Source: Alphaproteobacteria bacterium
GTDB taxonomy: Bacteria; Pseudomonadota; Alphaproteobacteria; Micavibrionales; UBA2020
DNA length: 43,788 nt
Direction: 5' to 3'
NCBI GenBank assembly: GCA_029266795.1
Contig: JAQSWE010000003.1
Location: forward strand, 1 to 43,788
Program-made: the position numbers and the translations under genes
Shown here: positions 25,710 to 33,090 of the stretch, one piece after another
How the letters are laid out: the number at the start of each line of letters is the position of its first letter
Numbering within the stretch: the stretch's first letter is position 1
Notes under the pieces: model-generated
Told to the model about the DNA's origin: nothing
Seen by the model: the letters and a program-made list of their open reading frames with translations, nothing else
Databases searched by the model: none

Positions 25710-25808
25710 GTTGCGGTTGCTCGGGTTAAATTCTCGAGCGCAGTCCTTTCGCGAGAACTACGAATCTGGACGCAAGCAGGTATGACAGCGGTTTATTAGC
25801 TTCTATTC

Positions 25809-27326
25809 TTAGGTAATAGCACCTATAGATGGCGGCTTGGAACCTCCACGTTTCTTCGGCGTCACAGCATCCGCAAACTTCTTCTTCATCTGCCCCAGCT
25901 TTGTATGCTCTCGCCGGAATTGCGGTGTTTCGGGGTCAACTTGCGGCCCGTTGGGGTCGTATTTGTCCCAGAGGCGGTTGCGGAATTTGTTGTCGGGGTC
26001 GTATTTCTTTTTTAACGCGAAGAATTCATCGCTGCGCGGATAGGCCTGTTTGAACTGCGCGTCGGTGGCGTGCATCTGGTAGGGCAGGTAATAGGTGCCA
26101 CCGGATTCAATCGCGGCATCGACCAGTTCGCGCGTCCATGTGCCGACTTTTTGGCGGGCTTCTTCGTTGTTCCATTGTTTGTAGTACAACACGAAGGCGA
26201 AGACATCGCCCTGTTGCGCCCATGCCATGACGCTGCCGGGGTCTTGTTCGGCGTGGCGGATGGAGACGTTGAGGGCATTCACATCATGCTTTTGCAATAT
26301 CGCCGCCATTTTCGGCGCGAATTCGTCCAGCTTGTCCGCCGGCACGAAGTATTCCTGCAGCACGAAGGTAGTCATGGCGCGGGTGGAGGGTTCCAGTTCT
26401 TCAACATAGCGGCTGGCCTCGTAATTCCGCGGCACCACCTCGTCCGTCTTGAAGCGGATTTTTTCGTCGACCATCGGGCGCAGCTTGTTGACGCCGGGGA
26501 CTTGCGTCATCGCGAAGATCGACAGGTATTCGGCGAGATAGACTTCCTTCTTCGGGCGTAGGCGGTCGGGCACGGTCGCGGGCTTGTCGGTTTTTGTATA
26601 TGTCACCGATGTAATCGTGTCGTAATCGGGCGGGTAGAAATCGCCGTTGTGGAAGACGACATCCGCATTGCCGCGGATATTCCTGTCGAAAAATTCGGCG
26701 TAATCGGCGCGCAGCATTTTTGCGATGCTGCGCTCGACATTCACGTTATCGGCAAGATCCAGCTTGGCCTCGACAATCGCGCCCAGCCCGCCATAGCCGC
26801 CGATGGCGCCATAAAACAATTCGCTGTTCTGCGTGGGGCTCGCGGTTTTCAAATCGCCGTCCGCAGTGACGATCTTGATTTCCTTGACCGATTTGATGAC
26901 AGGACCCTGCCCGATATAGCGGCCATGGGCATTGACGCTGAGCGCGCCGCCGACGGTGAAGTTGCTGTAGCTTTGCATGATGCTGACCGACAGATCGTCG
27001 GGGTCGATGCGGGCGATGACATCCTGCCAGCGCGCGCCGGTCTGCACGGTGATTTCTTTTTTCGCGGGGTCGTAACCCGTAACGGCGTTCAGCCCCGTCA
27101 TGTCGATGAACAGCGTATTGTCTGTGCCGATCTGCCCGCCCATCGAATAGCGCCCGCCGCCGAACGACACGGGGCCGTCATGGGATTTGATCAGCTGCTG
27201 AAGCTCGGCCACGCTCGCGGGTTTCACGATCTCGCGCACATCGATCTGGTTCAGCTGGGTGACGTCGTTGACGGTTTTCTTCTTCATGATGTCGGGGACA
27301 ATATGGGAAACTGGGGTCTTTGTCAA
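25809..27326 (-). CDS. FAD-binding (PCMH-type) oxidoreductase, paralogue of 14119..15579, up to 505 aa
   Basis: VSFGGGRYSMGGQ, FTVGGALSVNAHG, AIGGYGGLGAIV, and a C-terminal YYLPYQMHAT...KKKYDPDNKF that parallels YYLTYHRWAL...KRDYDPKELF of the other copy. The track start 27326 is TTG; the first ATG is 27287 (MKKKTVNDV). No Tat or Sec signal is visible. Confidence 0.8.
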   Translation of the reverse strand: MTKTPVSHIVPDIMKKKTVNDVTQLNQIDVREIVKPASVAELQQLIKSHDGPVSFGGGRYSMGGQIGTDNTLFIDMTGLNAVTGYDPAKKEITVQTGARWQDVIARIDPDDLSVSIMQSYSNFTVGGALSVNAHGRYIGQGPVIKSVKEIKIVTADGDLKTASPTQNSELFYGAIGGYGGLGAIVEAKLDLADNVNVERSIAKMLRADYAEFFDRNIRGNADVVFHNGDFYPPDYDTITSVTYTKTDKPATVPDRLRPKKEVYLAEYLSIFAMTQVPGVNKLRPMVDEKIRFKTDEVVPRNYEASRYVEELEPSTRAMTTFVLQEYFVPADKLDEFAPKMAAILQKHDVNALNVSIRHAEQDPGSVMAWAQQGDVFAFVLYYKQWNNEEARQKVGTWTRELVDAAIESGGTYYLPYQMHATDAQFKQAYPRSDEFFALKKKYDPDNKFRNRLWDKYDPNGPQVDPETPQFRREHTKLGQMKKKFADAVTPKKRGGSKPPSIGAIT

Positions 27327-27361
27327 TTCTGGCGCGTTTAGGTCTTCAAATCGCTGGAAAA

Positions 27362-27391
27362 TTGGACATTCCGCACCGCGTCATATATAAA
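27362..27391 (+). promoter_or_regulatory. candidate sigma70-type promoter for guaB
   Basis: TTGGAC (27362-27367), 16 nt, TATATA (27384-27389), or TATAAA (27386-27391) with an 18-nt spacer. GAGG RBS lies before ATG 27430. Confidence 0.4.
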
Positions 27392-27429
27392 GAAGTGCAA
27401 CCGAAACCCCCGTCCCCCGTGAGGTTGCC

Positions 27430-28926
27430 ATGGCAAAAAAATCCACCCCGAAAATCAAAACCGAAAAAATCCGCGCGAGCGTGGGTTTGACGTTTGACGA
27501 CGTTTTGCTGCTGCCGGGCGCTTCCGAAATCCAGCCGCTGGATGCCGATACCTCGACGCAAATCACGCAGGCGATCAAGCTGAACATCCCACTGCTCTCC
27601 GCCGCGATGGATACGGTGACGGAGGCGGAGGCCGCGATTGCGCTGGCGCAGGCGGGCGGCATGGGGATCATCCATCGCAACATGGAACCCGATATGCAGG
27701 CCGAACATGTGCGCCGCGTGAAGCGGTATGAATCGGGCATGGTTTTGAACCCCATCACCATCCACCCCGACGCGCCGCTGGCCGAGGCGCTCGACCTCAT
27801 GAAACGCTTCCGCATTTCGGGCGTGCCGGTGACGAAAGCGAACGGGAAACTGGTGGGCATTTTGACCAACCGCGACGTGCGCTTCGCCGATAACCCGAAA
27901 CAGCCGATCCGCGAATTGATGACATCGGAGAATTTGATAAAAGTCGTCAACAAGGTCGATAAATCGAAGGCGCGCAAATTGCTGCATGTCAACCGCATCG
28001 AAAAGCTGCTGGTCGTGGATGACGAAGACCGCTGCATCGGCCTTGTGACCGTGAAGGACATTGAAAAGGCGCAGCTGCACCCGACGGCCTGCAAGGACGA
28101 TAACGGTTCCCTGCGCGTCGGCGCGGCAATCGGCACGGGCGAAGCGAATTTCGAGCGCGCGCAGGCGCTGATCGACGCGGATATCGATTTGATTGTGGTC
28201 GATACCGCGCATGGACATTCGAAAAACGTGATCGACATGGTGAAAAAACTGCGCCGCCATAACAACCGCGTGCAGTTGGTAGCGGGCAACATCGCGACGG
28301 CGGATGCGGCGAAGGCGCTGATAGATGCGGGCGTTGACTCGCTGAAAGTCGGCATCGGTCCCGGTTCGATCTGCACAACACGTATCGTGGCGGGTGTGGG
28401 TGTGCCGCAGCTGACCGCGATCATGGATGTGGCGAGTGCCGCATCGAAACAGCGCATTCCCGTCATCGCCGATGGTGGCATCAAATCATCTGGCGACCTT
28501 GCCAAGGCTGTGGCGGCGGGCGCGGATTGCGTGATGATGGGCGGAATTTTTGCCGGCACCGATGAATCGCCGGGGGAAATCATCCTCTACCAAGGCCGCT
28601 CTTATAAAGAATATCGCGGCATGGGTTCCGTCGGCGCGATGGTGCGCGGCTCGGCTGACCGCTATTCCCAAGGCTCGGTGAAAGAATCGCAAAAACTGGT
28701 GCCGGAGGGCATCGAGGGCCGAGTACCCGCCAAAGGCCCGATTGCCAACGTCATCCACCAGATGGTCGGCGGTTTGCGCGCGGCGATGGGCTATACCGGC
28801 TGCAAGACGGTCGCTGAAATGAAGCAGAAAGCCACCTTCATCCGCATGACCGGCGCGGGGTATCGCGAGAGCCATGTGCATGACGTGACGATCACGAAAG
28901 AAGCGCCGAATTACAGGGCGGATTAA
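27430..28926 (+). CDS. guaB: IMP dehydrogenase, 498 aa
   Basis: [26 protein letters not shown] pair region, catalytic-loop [11 protein letters not shown], and GGIKSSGD. Confidence 0.97.
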   Translation: MAKKSTPKIKTEKIRASVGLTFDDVLLLPGASEIQPLDADTSTQITQAIKLNIPLLSAAMDTVTEAEAAIALAQAGGMGIIHRNMEPDMQAEHVRRVKRYESGMVLNPITIHPDAPLAEALDLMKRFRISGVPVTKANGKLVGILTNRDVRFADNPKQPIRELMTSENLIKVVNKVDKSKARKLLHVNRIEKLLVVDDEDRCIGLVTVKDIEKAQLHPTACKDDNGSLRVGAAIGTGEANFERAQALIDADIDLIVVDTAHGHSKNVIDMVKKLRRHNNRVQLVAGNIATADAAKALIDAGVDSLKVGIGPGSICTTRIVAGVGVPQLTAIMDVASAASKQRIPVIADGGIKSSGDLAKAVAAGADCVMMGGIFAGTDESPGEIILYQGRSYKEYRGMGSVGAMVRGSADRYSQGSVKESQKLVPEGIEGRVPAKGPIANVIHQMVGGLRAAMGYTGCKTVAEMKQKATFIRMTGAGYRESHVHDVTITKEAPNYRAD

Positions 28927-28952
28927 GCACTTAGCGAGTCCGGATTCATTTC

Positions 28953-28982
28953 TTGACTCGGTCATAGGCACTATTATATAAA
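28953..28982 (+). promoter_or_regulatory. candidate sigma70-type promoter driving the Mn riboswitch and mntP
   Basis: TTGACT (28953-28958), 16 nt, TATATA (28975-28980), or TATAAA (28977-28982) with 18 nt. The riboswitch core starts about 10 nt downstream. Confidence 0.45.
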
Positions 28983-28985
28983 ATC

Positions 28986-29096
28986 CTCATTGGGGAGTAG
29001 CCTCCACATCCTCCAGTTGGGCTGAAGCCAACATACTTGCATTTCGGAATGCATGGTTTCAGCAGCGGATCTTCCGCTTGGCAAGACCGATACATA
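28986..29096 (+). promoter_or_regulatory. yybP-ykoY (Mn2+) riboswitch
   Basis: Hallmark GGGGAGTAGCC (28992-29002), CCAACATAC (29028-29036) and GCAAGACC (29081-29088). Nested helices are GCTGAA (29021-29026)/TTCAGC (29058-29063) and TGCATT (29038-29043)/AATGCA (29048-29053). It lies immediately upstream of mntP, the canonical regulated gene. Confidence 0.8.
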
Positions 29097-29161
29097 CGCG
29101 AAAGCCGTCCGGCTTGTTTTCGCGGGTGTATGGTCATGCAAAAGCCGGGCGGAGATCGAAG

Positions 29162-29725
29162 ATGGGCATCTTTCAAACCACAATCCTTGCCTTCAGCATG
29201 TCGACCGATGCCTTTGCCGTTTCCGTTGGCAAGGGTGCTGCGCTGCGCAAACCTCATCTTTCCGAGGCGCTCCGCACCGGTGCGATTTTCGGCGCGATCG
29301 AAGGCATCACACCCATCATCGGCTGGGGCATCGGCCTTGCAGCCAGCCAGCATATTGCAGCGGTCGACCACTGGATCGCCTTTATCATCCTGGGCGCGAT
29401 CGGGCTGAAAATGATCTATGAAAGCCTGCAGGCGGATGACGGGGTTGAAAAACCGATGCGACAGAGCATTGCGCGCCTGATGCTAACGGCGCTCGGCACC
29501 TCCATCGACTCAATGGCGGTCGGCGTGTCGCTCTCCATCCTCGGCACGCATATCGGCTGGACGGCGGTCGCCATAGGCCTTGCCACCTTCACGATGGTCA
29601 CGATCGGCGTGATGACGGGGCAATATATCGGCAGCAAATACGGCAAGATCGCCGAAATGGCGGGCGGCGCGGCGCTGATTTTTCTCGGCACAAAGACGCT
29701 GTTCGAGCATCTGGGTTATATTTAA
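29162..29725 (+). CDS. mntP: manganese efflux pump MntP, 187 aa
   Basis: MGIFQTTILAFSMSTDAFAVSVGKG and a second half with LGTSIDSMAVGVSL show the duplicated MntP/DUF204 motifs. GGAG RBS lies upstream. The track start 29078 would run through the riboswitch. Confidence 0.88.
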   Translation: MGIFQTTILAFSMSTDAFAVSVGKGAALRKPHLSEALRTGAIFGAIEGITPIIGWGIGLAASQHIAAVDHWIAFIILGAIGLKMIYESLQADDGVEKPMRQSIARLMLTALGTSIDSMAVGVSLSILGTHIGWTAVAIGLATFTMVTIGVMTGQYIGSKYGKIAEMAGGAALIFLGTKTLFEHLGYI

Positions 29726-30726
29726 CAGCTGAAATCGAGGCTGCCGGTTTTCACGACCGTCATGCCCGTACCGGCGGTCACTTTGCCAATCGTCCAGAAC
29801 GGCTGGCCAATTTCTTTCAGTTTCGCGGCAAGTTCGGCGGGTTTGGATGTCGCAAAGACGAAACCGATGCCCATGTTAAAGGTGCGGTAGAGGTCTGCGC
29901 CGTCAAGGCCGGAGCGTTTGACGAGTTCCGTATAAATCGGCGGAATATCCGCAAGGGCCGGCAGGTAATCCAGCACGTAATCGAATGTATCGTTCATGCG
30001 CGGCACGTTTTCGAGCCCCCCGCCCGTGATATGCGCCATCGCATTGACCAGCGGCAGTACTTCTTTCACCACGCTCCAGTAAATGCGCGTGGGGGTGAGC
30101 GCCTGCAGCAGCAATTCCTTTTCGTTTTCGTTCACCAGCTTGCGCACCAGCGAATAGCCGTTGGAATGCACGCCCGATGACGGCAGCGCGATCAGCGTAT
30201 CGCCGATGGCGACATCGCGCCCGTCTTTCAGGTCTTTCTGCAGCACTTCACCGACCGCGAAACCGGCCAGATCGTACTCCCCGGGGCCATAGACGCCCGG
30301 CATTTCCGCCGTTTCACCGCCGATAAGCGCGCATTGCGACTGTTTGCAGCCCTCGACCACGCCGTTGATGATTTCCTCAGCGGCGTTCAGGTCCAGCTTG
30401 CCGGTTGCTAGGTAATCAAGGAAAAACAGCGGCGTTGCGCCGGTGCAGATGATGTCGTTCACGCACATGGCGACAAGGTCGATGCCGATGGTGTCGTGCT
30501 TGTTCAGGCTTTGCGCGATTTTTACCTTGGTGCCGCAGCCATCCGTGCCAGTCGCCAGCAATTTGTCATCGGTGATTTTATAAAGCGCGGCGAAACCGCC
30601 GACCCCCGATACAACCCGCTCTCCATAGGTTGACCGCACCTTCGTCTTGATACGCTCGACAAAGGCATCGCCGCGCTCGATATCGACGCCAGCATCTTTA
30701 TAGGTCGTTTTTTGCGGTTGTGTCAT
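29722..30726 (-). CDS. purM: phosphoribosylformylglycinamidine cyclo-ligase (AIR synthetase), 334 aa
   Basis: YKDAGVDIERGDAFVERIK, GVGGFAALY, GTDGCGTKVKIA, DLVAMCVNDII and AHITGGG. Confidence 0.95.
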   Translation of the reverse strand: MTQPQKTTYKDAGVDIERGDAFVERIKTKVRSTYGERVVSGVGGFAALYKITDDKLLATGTDGCGTKVKIAQSLNKHDTIGIDLVAMCVNDIICTGATPLFFLDYLATGKLDLNAAEEIINGVVEGCKQSQCALIGGETAEMPGVYGPGEYDLAGFAVGEVLQKDLKDGRDVAIGDTLIALPSSGVHSNGYSLVRKLVNENEKELLLQALTPTRIYWSVVKEVLPLVNAMAHITGGGLENVPRMNDTFDYVLDYLPALADIPPIYTELVKRSGLDGADLYRTFNMGIGFVFATSKPAELAAKLKEIGQPFWTIGKVTAGTGMTVVKTGSLDFSC

Positions 30727-30735
30727 TTTATGTCC

Positions 30736-32319
30736 TTAATGGCGGAAATGGCGGCGCCCCGTAAACGTCATCGCGATATCGGAATCGTTGCAGGCTGCGA
30801 TGACATCTTTGTCTTTCACGCTGCCGCCCGGCTGCACGATGTATTTGATGCCGGCGGCGGCTGCGATGCCGATATTGTCGGGGAACGGGAAGAAGGCATC
30901 CGACACCAATACGGCGTCCGACAAATCTTTGTGCCCGTTTTCATGCGCTTTTTCGACGGCCTGTTTCATGGAGACAAGGCGATTGGGATTTCCCATGCCG
31001 GCGCCCACCATGCTGAAGCCCTTGTCATTCGCTATGAAGATGCCAATCGCATTGCTCTTCAGGTGCTTGCAAGCCATCACGCCGAAGCGCGCCAACTCGC
31101 CGCGTGCGCCGTTGAAGGGGCGGTTGGTCATTGGCTTGAAATCGGCATCCGCGCCCTCGTCCTCCTGCTGCACGACCCAGCCGCCGGAAATGGAGCGCAC
31201 CATCATCGATTTTTCGGTGCCCGTATAGGTCGGCAGCGCAATCAGGCGCAGGTTGGGTTTCGCGGCAAAAACTTTTTTCGCTTCATCCGTATAGGACGGC
31301 GCGACAATCACCTCGACGAATTTATTCGACAACCATGCGGCGATATCCTCGGCGACCGGCTGGTTGAAGCACAAAATACCGCCGAAGCTGCTGATCGGGT
31401 CGCCCGCCCAAGCTGCTTCCAGCGCCGCGAGCGGCGTCTTGGCGAGCGCGAGGCCGCAGGGGCTGAGATGCTTGATGATGCTGATGGCGGCAGGATAACC
31501 TGCGACGCCCAATGCCGAAATATCGCCGCAGCTGCGCCATGCGGCGTCGGCGTCCAACAGGTTATTATAGGACAGTTCCTTGCCCTGTATTGGCTCTGCC
31601 CCCGCAAGGCCGGCGTTGAACGGGTCGGCATGCACCCATGACTTCTGGTGCGGGTTTTCGCCGTAGCGTAGCGGTTTGCCGGAGCTGACCGGTATCGACA
31701 GCGTGCGCTGCTCCTCCGCCCATTCGCTTTCCATACGCGCCGATATCAGCGCGTCGTATTCGGCCGTATGGCGGAAAGCCGCAAGCGCCAGTTTCTGCCT
31801 CGTCTCTGCACGCAGCTTGCCGCCCGTCTCGTTCAGGTCGCGAATGACCATGCCGTATTGCGACGGGCTGGTAACAGTGCCGACAGCAGCGTAATTTTTG
31901 GCCGAGGCGCGGATCATGGTCGGGCCGCCGACATCAATATTCTCGATAATCTCTGCCCAGTCCTTGCTCTTCTTCGCGGTCGCCTCGAAGGGGTAAAGGT
32001 TGCACACCACCAGATCGATGGGCTCGATTTTCAGGTCTTTCGCCTGCGCTTCATCCTCTGCATGGCCGCGGCGGAACAGCAGCGCGCTCGAAATCTGGAA
32101 GCTGAGCGTCTTCATGCGGCCGCCGAAGGCTTCGGGGTTGCCGGTGACTTTTTCCACGGGTGTATAAGGGATGCCGAGGCCTTGCAGAAACTTGCCCGTG
32201 CCGCCGGAGGAAATGATTTCCACCTTCAGCGCCTGCAGCTTCGCCGCCAGTTCCTCCAGCCCTGCCTTGTCGCTGACACTGACCAGCGCGCGCCTGACGT
32301 TAACCAGCCCGTCGTTCAT
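30736..32319 (-). CDS. purH: bifunctional AICAR transformylase / IMP cyclohydrolase, 527 aa
   Basis: VRRALVSVSDKAGLEELA, ISSGGTGKFL, GGRMKTLS, VVCNLYPFE, DVGGPTMIRASAKN and the C-terminal RHFRH. Confidence 0.96.
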   Translation of the reverse strand: MNDGLVNVRRALVSVSDKAGLEELAAKLQALKVEIISSGGTGKFLQGLGIPYTPVEKVTGNPEAFGGRMKTLSFQISSALLFRRGHAEDEAQAKDLKIEPIDLVVCNLYPFEATAKKSKDWAEIIENIDVGGPTMIRASAKNYAAVGTVTSPSQYGMVIRDLNETGGKLRAETRQKLALAAFRHTAEYDALISARMESEWAEEQRTLSIPVSSGKPLRYGENPHQKSWVHADPFNAGLAGAEPIQGKELSYNNLLDADAAWRSCGDISALGVAGYPAAISIIKHLSPCGLALAKTPLAALEAAWAGDPISSFGGILCFNQPVAEDIAAWLSNKFVEVIVAPSYTDEAKKVFAAKPNLRLIALPTYTGTEKSMMVRSISGGWVVQQEDEGADADFKPMTNRPFNGARGELARFGVMACKHLKSNAIGIFIANDKGFSMVGAGMGNPNRLVSMKQAVEKAHENGHKDLSDAVLVSDAFFPFPDNIGIAAAAGIKYIVQPGGSVKDKDVIAACNDSDIAMTFTGRRHFRH

Positions 32320-33088
32320 GGCTTTGCTCCCCTTTTAAAATCCGCAGCATGTTGTCGAAAATAAGCGCGCCGTCGCCTTTTTCCGGTTTATGTTCATGCG
32401 TGTTGCGATAGGTTTCACCAAACATGAACGCTTCCGGATGCGGCATCAGCCCCAGCACCATGCCGGACGGATCGGTCAGCGCGGCAATGCGACCATACGA
32501 TCCGTTGACGTCTTCGGTATAGGTGAGCGGCACGAGGCCCTTCTCGAACAGAGCCTGATATTCTTTCTGTTCCTCGCCTTTTTTAAAGGCAATGCGGCCT
32601 TCACCGTGGCGGATCGGCAGTTCGATCTGCGCCTTCTCCAGCCCTTGCGTCCATTGGCAAACGCTTTTCGCGTTCACATCCAGCGTGACCCAGCGGTTAA
32701 TGAAGCCGCCTTGCTCGTTTGCGGCGAGCGCGAGGATGCGCTCGCCGGCATCGGGATAGGGTAGCAGGCCCAGCTTCACCAGCACCTGAAAACCGTTGCA
32801 GATGCCGATGACGGGCTTTTTTGCCTCGACCATTTTAAAGAATTTATCGCCAAGCTTGTGCCGGATTTTCAGCGCAAGGATCTGGCCGGAGCCCAGTTCG
32901 TCGCCGAAGGAAAACCCGCCGGGAATGGCGAGGCCGTCCGCAGTTTTGAGCATCTCGGGCGCAGCGATCAAATCATTCACATGCACCGTCTTCGCCTGCC
33001 CACCCGCATGCTCCAGCGCAAAGGCCGTTTCACGCTCGCAATTGATGCCGTCGCCGCAGACCACGATGAAGAGAGGTTTATTCGCCAT
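32300..33088 (-). CDS. purQ: FGAM synthase glutamine amidotransferase subunit PurQ, 262 aa
   Basis: GINCERE, GGFSFGD, catalytic GICNGFQVL and MPHPE. ATG 33088 lies 2 nt after the purL TGA; the track start 33109 would overlap purL. Confidence 0.92.
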   Translation of the reverse strand: MANKPLFIVVCGDGINCERETAFALEHAGGQAKTVHVNDLIAAPEMLKTADGLAIPGGFSFGDELGSGQILALKIRHKLGDKFFKMVEAKKPVIGICNGFQVLVKLGLLPYPDAGERILALAANEQGGFINRWVTLDVNAKSVCQWTQGLEKAQIELPIRHGEGRIAFKKGEEQKEYQALFEKGLVPLTYTEDVNGSYGRIAALTDPSGMVLGLMPHPEAFMFGETYRNTHEHKPEKGDGALIFDNMLRILKGEQSHERRAG

Positions 33089-33090
33089 CG

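Noticed and set aside
25720-25738. tRNA T-arm-like hairpin (CTCGGG-TTAAATT-CTCGAG) at the distal edge of the AT-rich insertion, possibly a tRNA-derived att remnant.
   Set aside because: The loop lacks the invariant TTC(R)A pattern (A where C56 should be). No acceptor or anticodon arms can be drawn, and no tRNA gene is nearby. It is more likely a simple hairpin between convergent genes.
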